The notes: generated from the sequence alone by a model not told the origin. A stretch of 64,000 bases of DNA from an uncultured Planctomycetota bacterium (GCA_963845755.1 CAWJTV010000042.1:160001-224000), one strand, 5' to 3'. Shown: positions 11,941 to 23,767, counted from the first letter of the stretch. Program-made: numbers and translations.

Positions 11941-13188
11941 ATGGCCCACGACGAGACAAACCGTACTGATCGCCGCACGTTCCTCCAGGCCGGCGCGCTG
12001 GCGACGGCCACCGGCATCAGCCTGGCTCCCGGCGTGGAAGCCCAGGAAGCCGCTGCGAAGTCGCAGGCTTCGGCTCCGGTCCTCCCCAAGCGGAAGCTGG
12101 GCAAGACGGGAGTCGAGGTTACGCTCCTCGAGCAGGGAGCCACGCGCGGCCCGAGTGCGGAACGCACGCTACGCTTCGCGTTTGCACGCGGCGTTCGCCT
12201 CTTCGATACCGCCAAGGTCTACCAGACCGAGATCAACTTCAAGAGGTGGTTCGAACAGGATCCTGCGATCCGCAAGCAGATTGTGCTGGTCACGAAGGAC
12301 ATGCCCCGCGAGCCGAGTGACTTCCTGAAGATGGTCGATCAGCGGTTGAAGGCCCTGGGGACCGACTATATCGACTTCTTCTTCCTCCATGGATTGGGGG
12401 ACTCGGGAATCGAGAAGTCGCTAAAGTTCATCAAGAGCCGCGAGTTCCACGAGGTCGCCGACAAGATTCGCACCTCGGGCAAAGCGCGGTTCATCGGCTT
12501 CTCGGCCCATCATCCTCAGCGTGCCCAGCTCATCCAGGCGGCGGCCGAGGGAGGGGCCATCGACGCGATCATGCTCCAGTATCGTCCGTGGCTGGACAAG
12601 GACTCGCCGCTCAACAGGGCGATCGACGCGGCGTGGAAGAAAGGGATCGGCCTGATCACGATGAAGCAGATCGCCAGCCAGACCTTCGGCGACAAGCCCA
12701 AGGGCGACATCCTCAAGGAGGTTGCGGAGCGGGTGCCGGTCCTGGCCGAGCGGAAGTTGACGCCGTTCCAGGGCCTGCTGCACGCGATCTGGACCGACGA
12801 GCGGATCAGTGCGTCCTGTGTCTCGATGAGGAATACCGAACAAATTCGCGAGAACTCCGAGGCCGCGGCCCGGTTCGAGCCGCTGAAGACGGCGGACATC
12901 CTCCAGCTCCGCGACGCAGTCCATGCACAGGGCCTGACTCTTTGCGCCGATTGCGACGGCCGTTGCTCGATCGCCGCAGGTACCACGGCGGAGCTTGGCA
13001 ACCTGACCCGATTCCTGACCTACTACAAGCAGTATGGTGATCGTGCCGTGGCGCGCCGCGAGTACGCCAAGCTCGCCGCGGAGGCCCGCGACTGGTCGGG
13101 CGCCGACCTCGAGGCGGCCCGCGCCGCCTGCCCCGACCGACTCGACTTCGCCAACCTCCTCCCCGAGGTCAACCAGCACCTGGCCTGA
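11941..13188 (+). CDS. Tat-exported aldo/keto reductase with C-terminal Cys cluster
   Basis: DRRTFLQ twin-arginine signal; LGKTG, FDTAKVY, LGTDYIDFFFLH; CADCDGRC. Confidence 0.85.
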   Translation: MAHDETNRTDRRTFLQAGALATATGISLAPGVEAQEAAAKSQASAPVLPKRKLGKTGVEVTLLEQGATRGPSAERTLRFAFARGVRLFDTAKVYQTEINFKRWFEQDPAIRKQIVLVTKDMPREPSDFLKMVDQRLKALGTDYIDFFFLHGLGDSGIEKSLKFIKSREFHEVADKIRTSGKARFIGFSAHHPQRAQLIQAAAEGGAIDAIMLQYRPWLDKDSPLNRAIDAAWKKGIGLITMKQIASQTFGDKPKGDILKEVAERVPVLAERKLTPFQGLLHAIWTDERISASCVSMRNTEQIRENSEAAARFEPLKTADILQLRDAVHAQGLTLCADCDGRCSIAAGTTAELGNLTRFLTYYKQYGDRAVARREYAKLAAEARDWSGADLEAARAACPDRLDFANLLPEVNQHLA

Positions 13189-13234
13189 GCCAGCCCGGTG
13201 TTGAACGGAAACGGCCCGGAGGATCGGGGATCCG

Positions 13235-13660
13235 ATGATCCAGATCAACAGCCGCATCGCGATCGCCGAGGATGAGCTCGCGTTCGAGTTCATCCGCGCC
13301 TCCGGCCCCGGTGGACAGAATGTCAACAAGGTCTCGACAGCCGTCCGGCTCCGGTTCGACGTCCGCGGCTCCGCCTCGTTGCCGGACGACGTCCGGGACC
13401 GGTTGATCCGGCTGGCGGGAAAGCGTGTGGGAGAGGATGGATTCCTGGCGATCCATGCTCGTAGTCACCGGACCCAGGACGCGAACCGTCGCGAGGCCAT
13501 CGATCGACTGGTCGAACTGATCCAGCGCGCCTGCGAGAAACCCAAGCCCCGGCGCGCGACCCGGCCGACGGTGGCGTCCCGCAAGCGCCGGCTGGAGGCC
13601 AAGCGCCGTCGTGGAGAGACGAAAGAGGGGAGACGTTCGCAGAGTCATGGAGAGGAATAA
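13235..13660 (+). CDS. arfB: Alternative ribosome rescue peptidyl-tRNA hydrolase
   Basis: ASGPGGQNVNKVST (GGQ motif) and basic tail RRLEAKRRRGETK. Confidence 0.93.
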   Translation: MIQINSRIAIAEDELAFEFIRASGPGGQNVNKVSTAVRLRFDVRGSASLPDDVRDRLIRLAGKRVGEDGFLAIHARSHRTQDANRREAIDRLVELIQRACEKPKPRRATRPTVASRKRRLEAKRRRGETKEGRRSQSHGEE

Positions 13661-13668
13661 CAAGCGCT

Positions 13669-13722
13669 GACGGGAGAGGGGACTGGCTCCGAGCCTTCGA
13701 GGTGCCTGTCCCCTCTCCCGTC
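13669..13722. repeat. Palindromic intergenic repeat family A, copy 1 (possible terminator for arfB)
   Basis: GACGGGAGAGGGGAC...GTCCCCTCTCCCGTC around the core TGGCTCCGAGCCTTCGAGGTGCC; related copies at 46175 and 55625. Confidence 0.8.
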
Positions 13723-13757
13723 GGGGCTTCCACGGAGCTGTCATTGAGGAGGAACTC

Positions 13758-14609
13758 GTGCTCACATTGGCATTCTTAACGAATATGCTCATCGCGACGG
13801 CGGTCCAGCAGGCCGATCCGGGGGTAGCGCAAGGTGCGTCGCGGTCCGCCGGCGCTCCTTCGACCGACGAGCGCTGGATCCCCCTGTTCAATGGCCGCGA
13901 CTTGACCGGCTGGTACACCTTCCTGCAGAAGCACGGAAAGGACCAGGACCCCGACCACGTGATCGCGATCGAGGATGGCTCGATCCACCTCTATAAGGAT
14001 GCACCCGAGGGCAGCAGCGTGGTGATGGGTTATATCTCGACCGAGAAGGAGTATGGGGATTATCATCTGCGGCTCCAGTACCGTTGGGGCATGAAGAAGT
14101 TCCAGCCGAGACTGGCGCTGAAGCGTGACGCAGGGCTCTATTACCACCTCAACGGCCCGGATGCGGTCTGGCCGCGTGGGCTCCAGTATCAGATCGAGCA
14201 GACGAACGTGGGCGATCTGATCGCCCTCTACGGCGTTCAGCTCGACACCACGATCGACCCCAAGACACGATCGGAAAAGATGCCGACCTTTCGGGATGGC
14301 GAGCAGAAGGGCGAGCCCTACACGATGGGCGGCCGGGGGATTGCGTACTTGAAGCATCTCGCCGGCGAATACGAACGGGATGGCTGGAACACGGTCGAGA
14401 TCATCGCCCGAGGCGCTACCACGAGCCACATCCTCAACGGCCAGGTGGTGAGCAGCGGGCGCAACATCCGGCTCGTGGATCCGGAACATCCGGAATCCAG
14501 TCGGCCCGTCACACGAGGTCGGATCGCGCTGGAGATCGAGGCGGCCGAGCTCTACTTCCGCAAGGTTGAGCTGCGCGTCCTCGATGAGCGCCCCAGCCGC
14601 GACCATTGA
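13758..14609 (+). CDS. DUF1080 / 3-keto-disaccharide hydrolase family protein
   Basis: WIPLFNGRDLTGW, YGDYHLRLQYRWG, GWNTVEI, GRIALEIE. Confidence 0.88.
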   Translation: MLTLAFLTNMLIATAVQQADPGVAQGASRSAGAPSTDERWIPLFNGRDLTGWYTFLQKHGKDQDPDHVIAIEDGSIHLYKDAPEGSSVVMGYISTEKEYGDYHLRLQYRWGMKKFQPRLALKRDAGLYYHLNGPDAVWPRGLQYQIEQTNVGDLIALYGVQLDTTIDPKTRSEKMPTFRDGEQKGEPYTMGGRGIAYLKHLAGEYERDGWNTVEIIARGATTSHILNGQVVSSGRNIRLVDPEHPESSRPVTRGRIALEIEAAELYFRKVELRVLDERPSRDH

Positions 14610-14769
14610 TGCGAACGTTGATGGTCCCTACGTTCCCACCTCGGCGACGTCCGGCACGATTTCTGCTCAGTAGTCGGCCGAGCCGATGAGGTAAACTGGA
14701 TTGTTCGCCGTGGTTCTTCGGACCCCCTGAGGAATCAGCAAGAGATCTCCAGCCATCCGAGGAGCGACC

Positions 14770-15894
14770 ATGCGAGTTCCACAACGATGGAGTGTCGTCA
14801 CGAGCCTCGTGCTGTTTTGTCTCGGTGTCACATTGATGAGCGGTTCGGCGCGGCGCAGTCGGAGTCGACTCCCAAACCCCCGCAGCCTCAATCACCGCCT
14901 CCGCTGGATGGTCCGACTACCGATCTCGCGCCAATTCCGTCGGGAGCCGAGCTACCTCAAACAGGTTCATCGACCGACGAGGACGGAGGTCGGATCACGA
15001 CCCGGGAGACGGTCCCGTACCCGGGTGAGTTGGCCGATTCCAGCCGGGTGCGTGTCCGGAAGGCTCCGCCGCCATCGGTGGTCGAGCGGCCTTCTGGCCC
15101 CCGGCCCGACCGGCGAGCGCAGTGGATCGCGGGACACTGGGACTGGGATGCCTTGAGCGACGACTTCGTCTGGGTTGGCGGGAGCTGGAAGATCCCCCCA
15201 GCCGGATCGACGTGGGTGGCCGGCCGCTGGCAGCATGATGCCGCTGGCTGGTACTGGGTTTCCGGCACATGGAGCCGGCCCCGTGATCGTTCAACGGCTG
15301 CCGCGAACACTCCCGCATGGCGGATGACCGGACCTCCCGAGGACCATCCCGACGATACCCCGCCACCGGCCCCGGGTACTAACTTCTTCTTCGTCCCAGG
15401 CCATTTTGCTCCATCGGCCGGGGATCGGCTTGCCTGGACATCCGGCTTCTGGGCCCGAGTGCAGCCCGGCTGGGACTGGATCCCCGCGCGCTGGGTCCGA
15501 CGCGCGAATGGCTGGGACTTTCGCGAGGGCCGTTGGGTCCGCGACTCAGACACCGCCGTGGTCAAAAGCGGCCCCCGAGGCCGCCGACGCCTCGTCGCCC
15601 GTCCTTTGTTTCCCGGCCGCCGACCGGAGGTGGTCGAGTCGGAGCCCGGCGTTGATCGCCTCCCGCTGCCTCCCGGTCCCGTGACGGAACGCGATCCCAT
15701 CGCGGAGGCCGAGGCGGTCAGACCGTCCTGTTCCTCCCGACGACGCTCCAGAGATCATCGTTGGGCCGGGCGCTCGCATGCCCTACTACGTCATCCGCCC
15801 ACCCGGAGCTTACCCGTATGGTCCAAATGGAGTCGTGCTCCCGGGAGCCGTTCCTCCGTTCGTGCGTCGCCTTCTGGATCGTGTCCTACCGTGA
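14770..15894 (+). CDS. Secreted YXWGXW (WxxGxW) repeat protein; frameshifts near 14845 and 15730
   Basis: Signal peptide in ORF 14770; repeats WIAGHWDW, WVGGSWK, WVAGRWQ, WVSGTW, WTSGFW in ORF 14787; tail YYVIRPPGAYPYGP...RRLLDRVLP in another frame. Confidence 0.75.
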
Positions 15895-15973
15895 TGGCCG
15901 ACGAGTCGCTCGAATTGGAGCAAGGGTCATCGGTGTGTCTCGGCGTCTTGATCTGCTGACTCGACAGCAATCT

Positions 15974-16643
15974 TCAACGGTCAGGTCGCAAGGTTTCAAC
16001 ATCCGGAATGATCATGATCCCCTCATCGGGCCGCCCCACGGAGCGGGTCCGCCCCCGGCGCCAGAGCAGGGCTGTCAAGGCGGCACACGACCGAGTCGAG
16101 CTGATGCTCGGAAGCCTTGGGGTGATTGAGCCCGGGCACCAGCGGCTTGAGGGCCCGATAGATGTGGCGGCGACCTGAAGGTGTTTTCTTTCCCTGACAC
16201 GGCAGACCGAGCAATCTGAGCGTGGCGAACGGGTAGACTTCCAAAGGTTCGTGGCCCTGCTCGCGGATCGCTGTTGCGATCCGCTCGCCGCGACGGGCCA
16301 GGACCTTGATCAAGGCCGTGGCGAGTGTCGGTATACCCATCCGCGCCAGGTCGCGCTCGAGCTGGCGACTCCGCGTTCCCGGGTCGGTCCGGCACGGGCA
16401 ATCGTCGTCGAGGCAGCAGCGTCCTAACGGACGGGTCAAGGGTGCGTTGATCGCCACTGTCCCCCACCGTCCCGCCAGGTTGGCCAGCGAAAGGATTTCG
16501 TCATCGTCCCCTGCCGAGGTGAGATATTCCAATCGCCCGCCGCGCAGGATGGCTACTCCGGTTTCGCGATCTGGTACACCGGCCAAATCGATCCCCACAC
16601 AAATCCCCGGCCTCCTCGGCCTGTGCCTCGCTCGCGCGACCAA
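15974..16643 (-). CDS. DUF429 family protein (RNase H-like fold); frameshift near 16080
   Basis: VGIDLAG, AINAPL, LEVYPFAT, LDSVVC; corrected tail ALTALLWRRG...EGIMIIP. Confidence 0.75.
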
Positions 16644-16879
16644 ATCGACCTCCCTGGTCCCGTTCCTTGGCTTTCATCCGGCATCTCGTCCAGATTCTTG
16701 GAGGCTCTCCTTTAGATCGAGGGACAGAAATCCAACCTGACCTCAATCTGGGCAGTCGGACGATTCAGAACCTCTAGAGGCAGACGGGGCGGCGAAATGA
16801 GAATAGACCGGTCGAGCCAGATCGCGCCAGGGGCCGGAATCACCGAACGTGTCTCGCGGCCCTTTCACACGATAGGGAG

Positions 16880-16968
16880 CGGAGAGGGGGGGATTCGAAC
16901 CCCCGAGACCGGTTTCCCAGTCTAACGGTTTAGCAAACCGTCGCTATCGACCACTCAGCCACCTCTCC
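16880..16968 (-). tRNA. tRNA-Ser(GCT)
   Basis: GGAGAGG acceptor stem, anticodon arm ACGGT-TTGCTAA-ACCGT, long variable arm, GGTTCGAATCC T-loop, G discriminator; CCA not encoded. Confidence 0.96.
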
Positions 16969-17096
16969 AGGCGGGCGGTGACGGTCCGGGTGCTGCTCCG
17001 GATCGTCGTGTCTTCATCGAAAATTACCAGACCAAGACCCCGCTCGTCAATGTTGCGGAAGTCGCGAAGCGCGGCGGTCGCATTTCGTCCCTTGGT

Positions 17097-18506
17097 CTAA
17101 CCATGGATCGCGCGGCCCTCGACGGCCAAGGCCGCCTCGCGCGTGGCTTCGGAGAGCGTCGGATGGGCGTGGCAGGTGCGCGCGATGTCCTCGGCACTGC
17201 CGCCGAACTCCATCACCGCAACGGCCTCCGCAATCATCTCCGAGGCCCGGGGGCCCAGGATGTGGACGCCAAGCACCCGGTCGGTCTCCGCGTCTGCCAG
17301 GATCTTGACCAGCCCTTCGGTCTCGTCCATCGCCCTGGCGCGGCCGTTGGCCTGGAACGGGAACTTGCCAATCCGATACTTGAGCCCGAATTGGTTTGCC
17401 AGCTCTTCGGTATGCCCAACGCTCGCCATCTCGGGCCACGTGTAGATCACGCTCGGGATGGTGTGGTAATTGACATGCCCCGGCTTGCCCGCCAGGACCT
17501 CGGCGCACGCAATCCCCTCGTCCTCCGCCTTGTGGGCCAGCATCGGACCATCGATCAAGTCGCCGATCGCCGAGATCGTCGGCACGTTGGTGCGGTAGTG
17601 CGGGTCAACCGAAACCTTCCCGGACTTGGGATCGACCGTCACGCCGGCTTCCGCGAGTCCCAGGCCTTGCGTGTAGGGCCGGCGGCCCACGGCGACCAGT
17701 ACACGATCGCAGGCGAAGGTTTCCTCGGTCCCGTCCTTCTTCTGGGCACGGACCGTGATGCCCTCTCCCTCGACCGATGCTCCCGTGACCTTGGTCTCGA
17801 GATGGAACGCGAGCCCCTGCTTCGCCAGGCTCTTGTATAGCAGAGTGCCCAGCTCATGGTCGGCCAAGGGGACGATCCTCGGCAGGAATTCGAGCACGGT
17901 CACCCTCGCACCCAACCGTCGCCAGACCGAACCCAATTCCAATCCGATATACCCGGCGCCGATGACGACCAAATGATCGGGGACCTTCTCGAAGCTCAGC
18001 GCGCCCGTGGAATCGACGACTGACCGGCCGTCGAACGGCAGGAACGGCAACCCCGACGGCTCCGATCCGGTCGCCAGCAGGATATGCTTGGACTGGAGGT
18101 TGACACTCCCTCCTTCATTCAGGTCGACATGGACCGAGTTCGGCCCGCTGATCCGCGCTTTACCGAAGACGGGCTCGACCTTGTTTTTGCGGAATAGGTA
18201 GCGGACGCCATCGGTCAACCCCTTGACCACCTCGTCCTTGCGGGCCAGCATCGCGGCCAGGTCGAGCTGAATTCCCTCGACCGCGATCCCGTGCTTAGGA
18301 AACCGCTCCTTGGCCAGGTGGAACAACTCGCTCGAGTCGAGCATCGCCTTGCTGGGGATGCAACCGACATTCAGGCAGGTCCCGCCCAGCGTGCGGCCCT
18401 TCTCGACGCAGGCCACCTTCATGCCTAGCTGGGCCGCACGGATCGCCGCCACGTATCCGCCCGGCCCGGCGCCAATCACGATCAGATCGAACTGCGTTGC
18501 CACCAT
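17097..18506 (-). CDS. lpdA: Dihydrolipoyl dehydrogenase (E3)
   Basis: GAGPGGY, GGTCLNVGCIPSK redox disulfide, HAHPTLSE. Confidence 0.97.
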   Translation of the reverse strand: MVATQFDLIVIGAGPGGYVAAIRAAQLGMKVACVEKGRTLGGTCLNVGCIPSKAMLDSSELFHLAKERFPKHGIAVEGIQLDLAAMLARKDEVVKGLTDGVRYLFRKNKVEPVFGKARISGPNSVHVDLNEGGSVNLQSKHILLATGSEPSGLPFLPFDGRSVVDSTGALSFEKVPDHLVVIGAGYIGLELGSVWRRLGARVTVLEFLPRIVPLADHELGTLLYKSLAKQGLAFHLETKVTGASVEGEGITVRAQKKDGTEETFACDRVLVAVGRRPYTQGLGLAEAGVTVDPKSGKVSVDPHYRTNVPTISAIGDLIDGPMLAHKAEDEGIACAEVLAGKPGHVNYHTIPSVIYTWPEMASVGHTEELANQFGLKYRIGKFPFQANGRARAMDETEGLVKILADAETDRVLGVHILGPRASEMIAEAVAVMEFGGSAEDIARTCHAHPTLSEATREAALAVEGRAIHG

Positions 18507-18570
18507 GAACTCCTTCGAATTTCAGGTCTTCAGCGATCGGTTTTCAGTGGAGTGGACGACAGGTATCCTG

Positions 18571-18933
18571 CTACGGGTGTGCGCCCGCTTCTTCCAGGAT
18601 GGTCACGATGTCCTCGTGTCCGTTGGATCTCGCCGCGCGGAGAGCGGTTGTTCCATCCTCCCAGTGGGCGTCAGGACTTGCCCCGGCGGATATCAGGGCC
18701 TTGACTCGAGCCGTATTACCTTGCGCTGCGGCAATAAAGAGGCGTTCATCCAGCCCATACACCTGGTACAAGTACCGGCCGAGTATCGCCAGTATCACCA
18801 CACCTCCGAGCCACAGCCCGCAGCGGCGCCAACGCACTGGAGAACGCATGATGAAGAGCGAGGCCACGTAACAACCGCCGGCGATCAACCCGATTGCGAG
18901 GAGGCCAAAGAGAATAAAGCCACCGAAATCCAT
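18571..18933 (-). CDS. Small membrane protein with C-terminal ankyrin repeat
   Basis: Two TM helices, then LFIAAAQGNTARVKALISAGA...GTTALRAARSNGHEDIVTILEEAGA. Confidence 0.8.
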   Translation of the reverse strand: MDFGGFILFGLLAIGLIAGGCYVASLFIMRSPVRWRRCGLWLGGVVILAILGRYLYQVYGLDERLFIAAAQGNTARVKALISAGASPDAHWEDGTTALRAARSNGHEDIVTILEEAGAHP

Positions 18934-19008
18934 GTACCACTCTCCGCAAGGTCATAGGCCGAATGCTGAGACCGTCTTGAGCAGGTCGATCGCTGTTGTC
19001 GCCGTTCG

Positions 19009-20292
19009 TCAGACCTCCAGCATCATCCGCTCGGGGTTCTCGATTCCGTCCTTGACGCGGACCAGGAAGCTCACGGCCTCGCGGCCGTCGACGAGGCGAT
19101 GGTCGTACGACAGGGCCAGATACATCATCGGACGGATTACGATCTGATCATCGACGACCACCGGGCGCTTCTTGATGGCGTGCATGCCAAGGATGCCGCT
19201 CTGGGGTGGGTTGAGGATCGGGGTCGAGAGCATCGAGCCGAAGATCCCGCCGTTGGTGATTGTGAACGTCCCGCCGCGCAGGTCGTCGACCGAGATCGTC
19301 CCCTCGCGCCCCTTGGCGGCATAGCCGGCGATGGCCTTCTCGATCGCCGCAAACGAGAGGCGATCCGCGTCGCGGATCACCGGGACCATCAAGCCCTTCT
19401 CTGTGCTGACCGCCACGCCGATGTCGTAAAAGTTGTGAGTGACGATCTCGTTCCCCTCGATGCGCGCATTCACGGTCGGGAACGCCTTGAGGGCTTCGAT
19501 CGAGGCCTTGACGAAGAAGGAGATGAAGCCCAGCGCCATGCCGTGTGCCTTCTGAAACGGCTCCTTGTACCGGGCGCACAGGTCCATCACCCGCGACATA
19601 TCGGCTTCGTTGAATGTGGTCAGGATGGCCGCCGTCTGCTGGGCCTCGACCAGGCGCTGGGCGATGCGCTGGCGCAGTCCGCTCATCCGCCGGCGCGTCT
19701 CGCGTGGGTCGGCGGGCTTGATCGCGGCGGGTGCGGCTTCCACCGCGGGCGCGGGCCGGGACTGCTCGCGACCCGTCGGCCAGGGTGTTGCCGCGCGCAC
19801 GACCGGGGCCGACGCGGTTGCGGCGTTCGCTCCTGGGGACGACTCGAGGAACGTCAGCACGTCTTCCTTGGTGACGCGGCCTCCGGGCCCGGTGCCGGTG
19901 ATACGGGCGATGTCGACATCCCGCTCGGCGACCAGTCGGCGGACCGACGGCGAAAGGGGACGATCGTCGCTCTCCTCCGGCGGCTGGGGCGCGGGTTGCG
20001 ACGAATGCGCTTTCTGGCCGTCAGGCTCCGGCGCCGCCACGGCCGTCGGTGTGCCCGATGGGTCGATCGTGCCGACCGTCGCGCCAATCGCCACCGTCTG
20101 GCCCTCCGCCGCGCCGATCTTCAACATGCCCGATCCCGGTGCCGGAACGGTCGTTGTCGCCTTGTCGGTCTCCAGCTCCAGCAGCGGCTCGCCGGATTGC
20201 ACCGGCGAACCATCAGGCTTGAGCCAGCGCGACACGATCCCCTCGGTTATCGATTCACCCACGCTGGGTACGGTGATTGGAATGGCGGGCAT
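19009..20292 (-). CDS. sucB: 2-oxoglutarate dehydrogenase E2 (dihydrolipoyl succinyltransferase)
   Basis: Lipoyl motif LETDKAT; E3-binding [13 protein letters not shown]; catalytic SYDHRLVDG. Confidence 0.96.
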   Translation of the reverse strand: MPAIPITVPSVGESITEGIVSRWLKPDGSPVQSGEPLLELETDKATTTVPAPGSGMLKIGAAEGQTVAIGATVGTIDPSGTPTAVAAPEPDGQKAHSSQPAPQPPEESDDRPLSPSVRRLVAERDVDIARITGTGPGGRVTKEDVLTFLESSPGANAATASAPVVRAATPWPTGREQSRPAPAVEAAPAAIKPADPRETRRRMSGLRQRIAQRLVEAQQTAAILTTFNEADMSRVMDLCARYKEPFQKAHGMALGFISFFVKASIEALKAFPTVNARIEGNEIVTHNFYDIGVAVSTEKGLMVPVIRDADRLSFAAIEKAIAGYAAKGREGTISVDDLRGGTFTITNGGIFGSMLSTPILNPPQSGILGMHAIKKRPVVVDDQIVIRPMMYLALSYDHRLVDGREAVSFLVRVKDGIENPERMMLEV

Positions 20293-20436
20293 GGGCTCAC
20301 CAATGGTCAGTGGTCGGTGGTCAGTTGGAATGCAGTGGTCGATGCTTCGTGGATAGAACCAAACCGGCGCGGGCCTCGTCTAGGGACGTGGTTTGATCGC
20401 AGGACGGCAGCGAGAAAGCGCAGAACTCCAGCCACT

Positions 20437-23252
20437 TCAGGATCCTGTCGCTTCCTTCGACGGCCCATTGCCCACGGACCACGGACCACTCGTTACCAGA
20501 TGCGGCACGGCCGCGCCGATGGCGGCCTCGACGATCTCGGCCTGCTCGCGGTCGTGGACGACCTTCGAGCCGGTGGCCGGGCTGGCGCTGGCGTCGCGGC
20601 CGACGTACGGAATCTCGACACCGAGGAGAGCCTGGAGCCGCGGGGCCACGAACGTCCAGGCGCCCATGTTCTGCGATTCTTCCTGGACCCAGACCCACTC
20701 CCGTGCCGATTTGTACCGATCCAGAACCGATTTCAATTCGACGGCCGGCCAAGGATAGAGCTGCTCGAGGCGGAGGATGGCCACGTCCCGCGGGCTGCCG
20801 GCCTCCGCGCGGCGGGCGATCAGGTCGTAGTAGATCTTTCCCGAGCACAGCAAGACGCGGCGGGCGCGCTCGGGGGCCGAAGGATCGTCGAGCACATCGC
20901 GGAAGTTCCCGACGGTCAGGTGGTCGACCGGGGAAACCGCCAGCTTGTGCCGCAGAAGGCTCTTGGGAGTCATGACGATCAGCGGCTTGCGGAACTCGCG
21001 ACGGACTTGCCGCCTCAGCAGGTGGAAGTACTGCGCCGGGGTGGTGGGGACCGCGACCTGGATGTTCTCCTCGGCACAGAGCTGGAGGAATCGCTCGAGT
21101 CGGGCGCTGGAGTGCTCGGGCCCCTGCCCTTCGTAGCCGTGAGGAAGGAGCAGCACCAGCCCGCTGGCACGGCCCCACTTCGACTCGGCCGACGCGATGA
21201 ACTGGTCGATGATGACCTGGGCGCCGTTGACGAAATCGCCGAACTGGGCCTCCCACATGATGAGCATGTGGGGCTCGTCGAGCGAATAACCATAGTCGAA
21301 TCCGAGCACGGCCGCCTCGGAGAGCAGGCTGTCGTAGACGCAGAACTCGGCCTGTCCGTCCTTGATGTGGTTGAGCGGGATCCAGCGGTCGCCGGTCTTC
21401 ATGTCGACCATCACGGCATGCCGTTGGCTGAACGTGCCGCGACGGCTGTCCTGGCCGCTAAGGCGGACGGGAGTGTCCTGCTCGAGCAGCGAACCGATCG
21501 CCAGCATCTCACCCGTGGACCAGTCGAGCGCACCCGCTCTTCCACGGCCTTGACGCGGCCGGCCAGCAGGCGGGCGAGCTTCGGGTTGACGGTGAATCCC
21601 TCGGGGACCCGGGTGCTCGCCGCGGCGACTTGCCGCAACGTCTCGTAGGAAACTCCGGTCTCAACCGTGTCGAAGGCGTGCCGGGAGGCCAGGCCGGCCC
21701 AGGTCCCGGCGAACCCGTGCGGCGTCGGCGGCTCACCGGACCCGCGCCGCACCTCCTCGAAGACCTCCTGCATCTTCTCGCTGAATGTCTCGGCGACCGT
21801 CTCGGCCTCCTGGCTCGAAAGCTCGCCGTTCATCACGAGCTGCTCGGTGTAGAGCTCGCGGATGCTGATCCGGTTCTTGATCTTCTCGTACATGATCGGC
21901 TGGGTGAAGGCGGGCTCGTCCCCCTCGTTGTGCCCGTGCCTGCGGTAGCAGACCATGTCGATGACCACGTCCCGGCCGAATGTCTGCCGGAAGTCGAACG
22001 CCAGCTCGCCGACGGCGATTACGGCTTCCGGGGCCTCGCCGTTGACGTGGAAGATCGGCGCCTCGATCATCTTGGCCACATCGGTGCAATACCGGGTCGA
22101 ACGGCCCTCGCTCGGCGCCGTGGTGAAACCGATCTGGTTGTTCACGACGATGTGGACGGTGCCGCCGGTCTTGTAGCCGGGAAGCTGGGAAAGGTTCAGC
22201 GTCTCGGCGACCAACCCCTGGCCGGCAAATGCGGCGTCGCCATGGATCAGGATCGGCACGCCCAGCCGCCGGTCCTTATCCTGGAACCGCCGTTGCTTGG
22301 CCCGCATCCGCCCCTCAACCACCGGGTTGACCGCCTCCAGGTGACTCGGGTTGGGGGTCAAGGTCAGGTGAACCGTCTGCTTGTCCGCCGTCACGTGATC
22401 GGCCGAGAAGCCCAGGTGATACTTGACGTCCCCGTCGCCGCCCACGGTCTCGGGCAGGTTCCCCTCGAACTCGTTGAAGATCATCCCGTACGGCTTGTCC
22501 AGGATGTTCGCCAGCACGTTCAGCCGCCCCCTGTGCGGCATCCCCATGACGATCTCCCGTACTCCCTGCAACCCGGCCCGTTCGATGATCGCATCCAGCA
22601 GCGGGATCAGCATCTCGCCGCCTTCGAGCGAGAACCGCTTCTGCCCGACGTAATTCTTGTGGAGGAACGTCTCGAACAGCTCGGCCGCATTCAGCTTGTA
22701 GATGATCCGCCGCTTCTTCCGGAGCTCGAAAGCCGGATGGTTCCGCGTGGGCTCCATCCGGTCCAGCAACCACCGGCGGATCTGGGTGTCGCGAATGTGC
22801 ATGAACTCGACGCCGATCGTACGGCAGTACGTCTCTCGCAGGATGGCGATCACCTCGCGCAGGGTGGCCGCGCCGCCCTCCGTCCCGCTCAGTCTGTTGA
22901 AGAAGACCCGATCGAGGTCCGCTTCCGTCAGCCCAAACGCCGAAGGCTCCAGCAGTTCGTGCATCTGCCGGCGCGGGCTGAGCTTCAGCGGGTCCAGGTC
23001 GGCCAGGTAGTGACCGTACTCGCGGTAGCCGTCGATCAACCGCGTGACGGCCGCCTGCGCCCGGGCGGCGTCGAGGTCCTCCGGACGGCTACTATCGACC
23101 GGCCCGCCATTGCTGCCCTGCTGCCCTAACTCGTAGCCCTCGAAGAAGATCCGCCAGGATTCCTCGACCGACGCCGGAGCCTTCCGCCAGCGGTCGTAGT
23201 AGTCCTCGATCAGGTCCACGTTCCACCGGTTCCCTACCGTCGCACGTTCCAT
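20437..23252 (-). CDS. sucA: 2-oxoglutarate dehydrogenase E1; frameshift near 21520
   Basis: [28 protein letters not shown], then [37 protein letters not shown] in the next frame. Confidence 0.95.
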
Positions 23253-23607
23253 ATTTCGTTGGGTTCCAAGTCGATCGGCGCAGGAGGCGCGGCGGCGCCT
23301 GCTGCGTCTTATTCCGATCGATCCGAAGTCAAGGGCCTGCCGCCCGCCGCGAGCGGCGATTCCCAATGGATATCATACGCCAAGAAGAAGACGGTGTGCC
23401 AATCCGCAGATCGTGTTCCCATCACCAACGCGAAGAACCGAGGAGAGCCGTCTTGAGTGAGCTGCCAACCTCAGCACGGACAGCGGTCCGGCCGGGGCCA
23501 GGGGGGAGACCAAGGCGGGGGGCCTTCCTCCTACGAGCCGGCCGAGGGGAATGCACCAACCGACGCGTTGGTCCGCGCAGTCTCGAGAACGCACCTGGGA
23601 AAGTTTA

Positions 23608-23767
23608 CGCAATCAATACATTCCGCATAATCGTGGCTTCGATTTCGCGGTTTCGACGCCGGGTGATGCTGGCTTCGATCGCGCGATTTGGAGATCGGCC
23701 TCGCAGGCGCTTGCGCAATCGATACATTCCGCATAATCGTGGCTTCGATTTCGCGATTTCGATGCCG
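23608..23767. repeat. 54-bp direct repeat x2 (period 106 bp) upstream of sucA
   Basis: CGCAATC(A/G)ATACATTCCGCATAATCGTGGCTTCGATTTCGCG(G/A)TTTCGA(C/T)GCCG at 23608-23661 and 23714-23767, 3 mismatches. Confidence 0.85.

Noticed and set aside
16700..16968. tRNA-Ser as an island integration site
   Set aside because: I saw no duplicated tRNA 3' end or adjacent integrase.
20306..20490. Short 7-bp tandem motifs (GTGGTCA/ACCACGG) between sucA and sucB
   Set aside because: Only 2-3 degenerate units; treated as ordinary low-complexity intergenic repeats.
21500..21540. Programmed frameshift in sucA (and likewise in fhs)
   Set aside because: No slippery heptamer is evident, and similar shifts occur throughout the window.
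19099..23129. Long plus-strand ORFs (849 aa, 499 aa) and similar antisense ORFs elsewhere
   Set aside because: They are shadows of sucA/sucB and other real genes, caused by high-GC codon bias, and carry no motifs.
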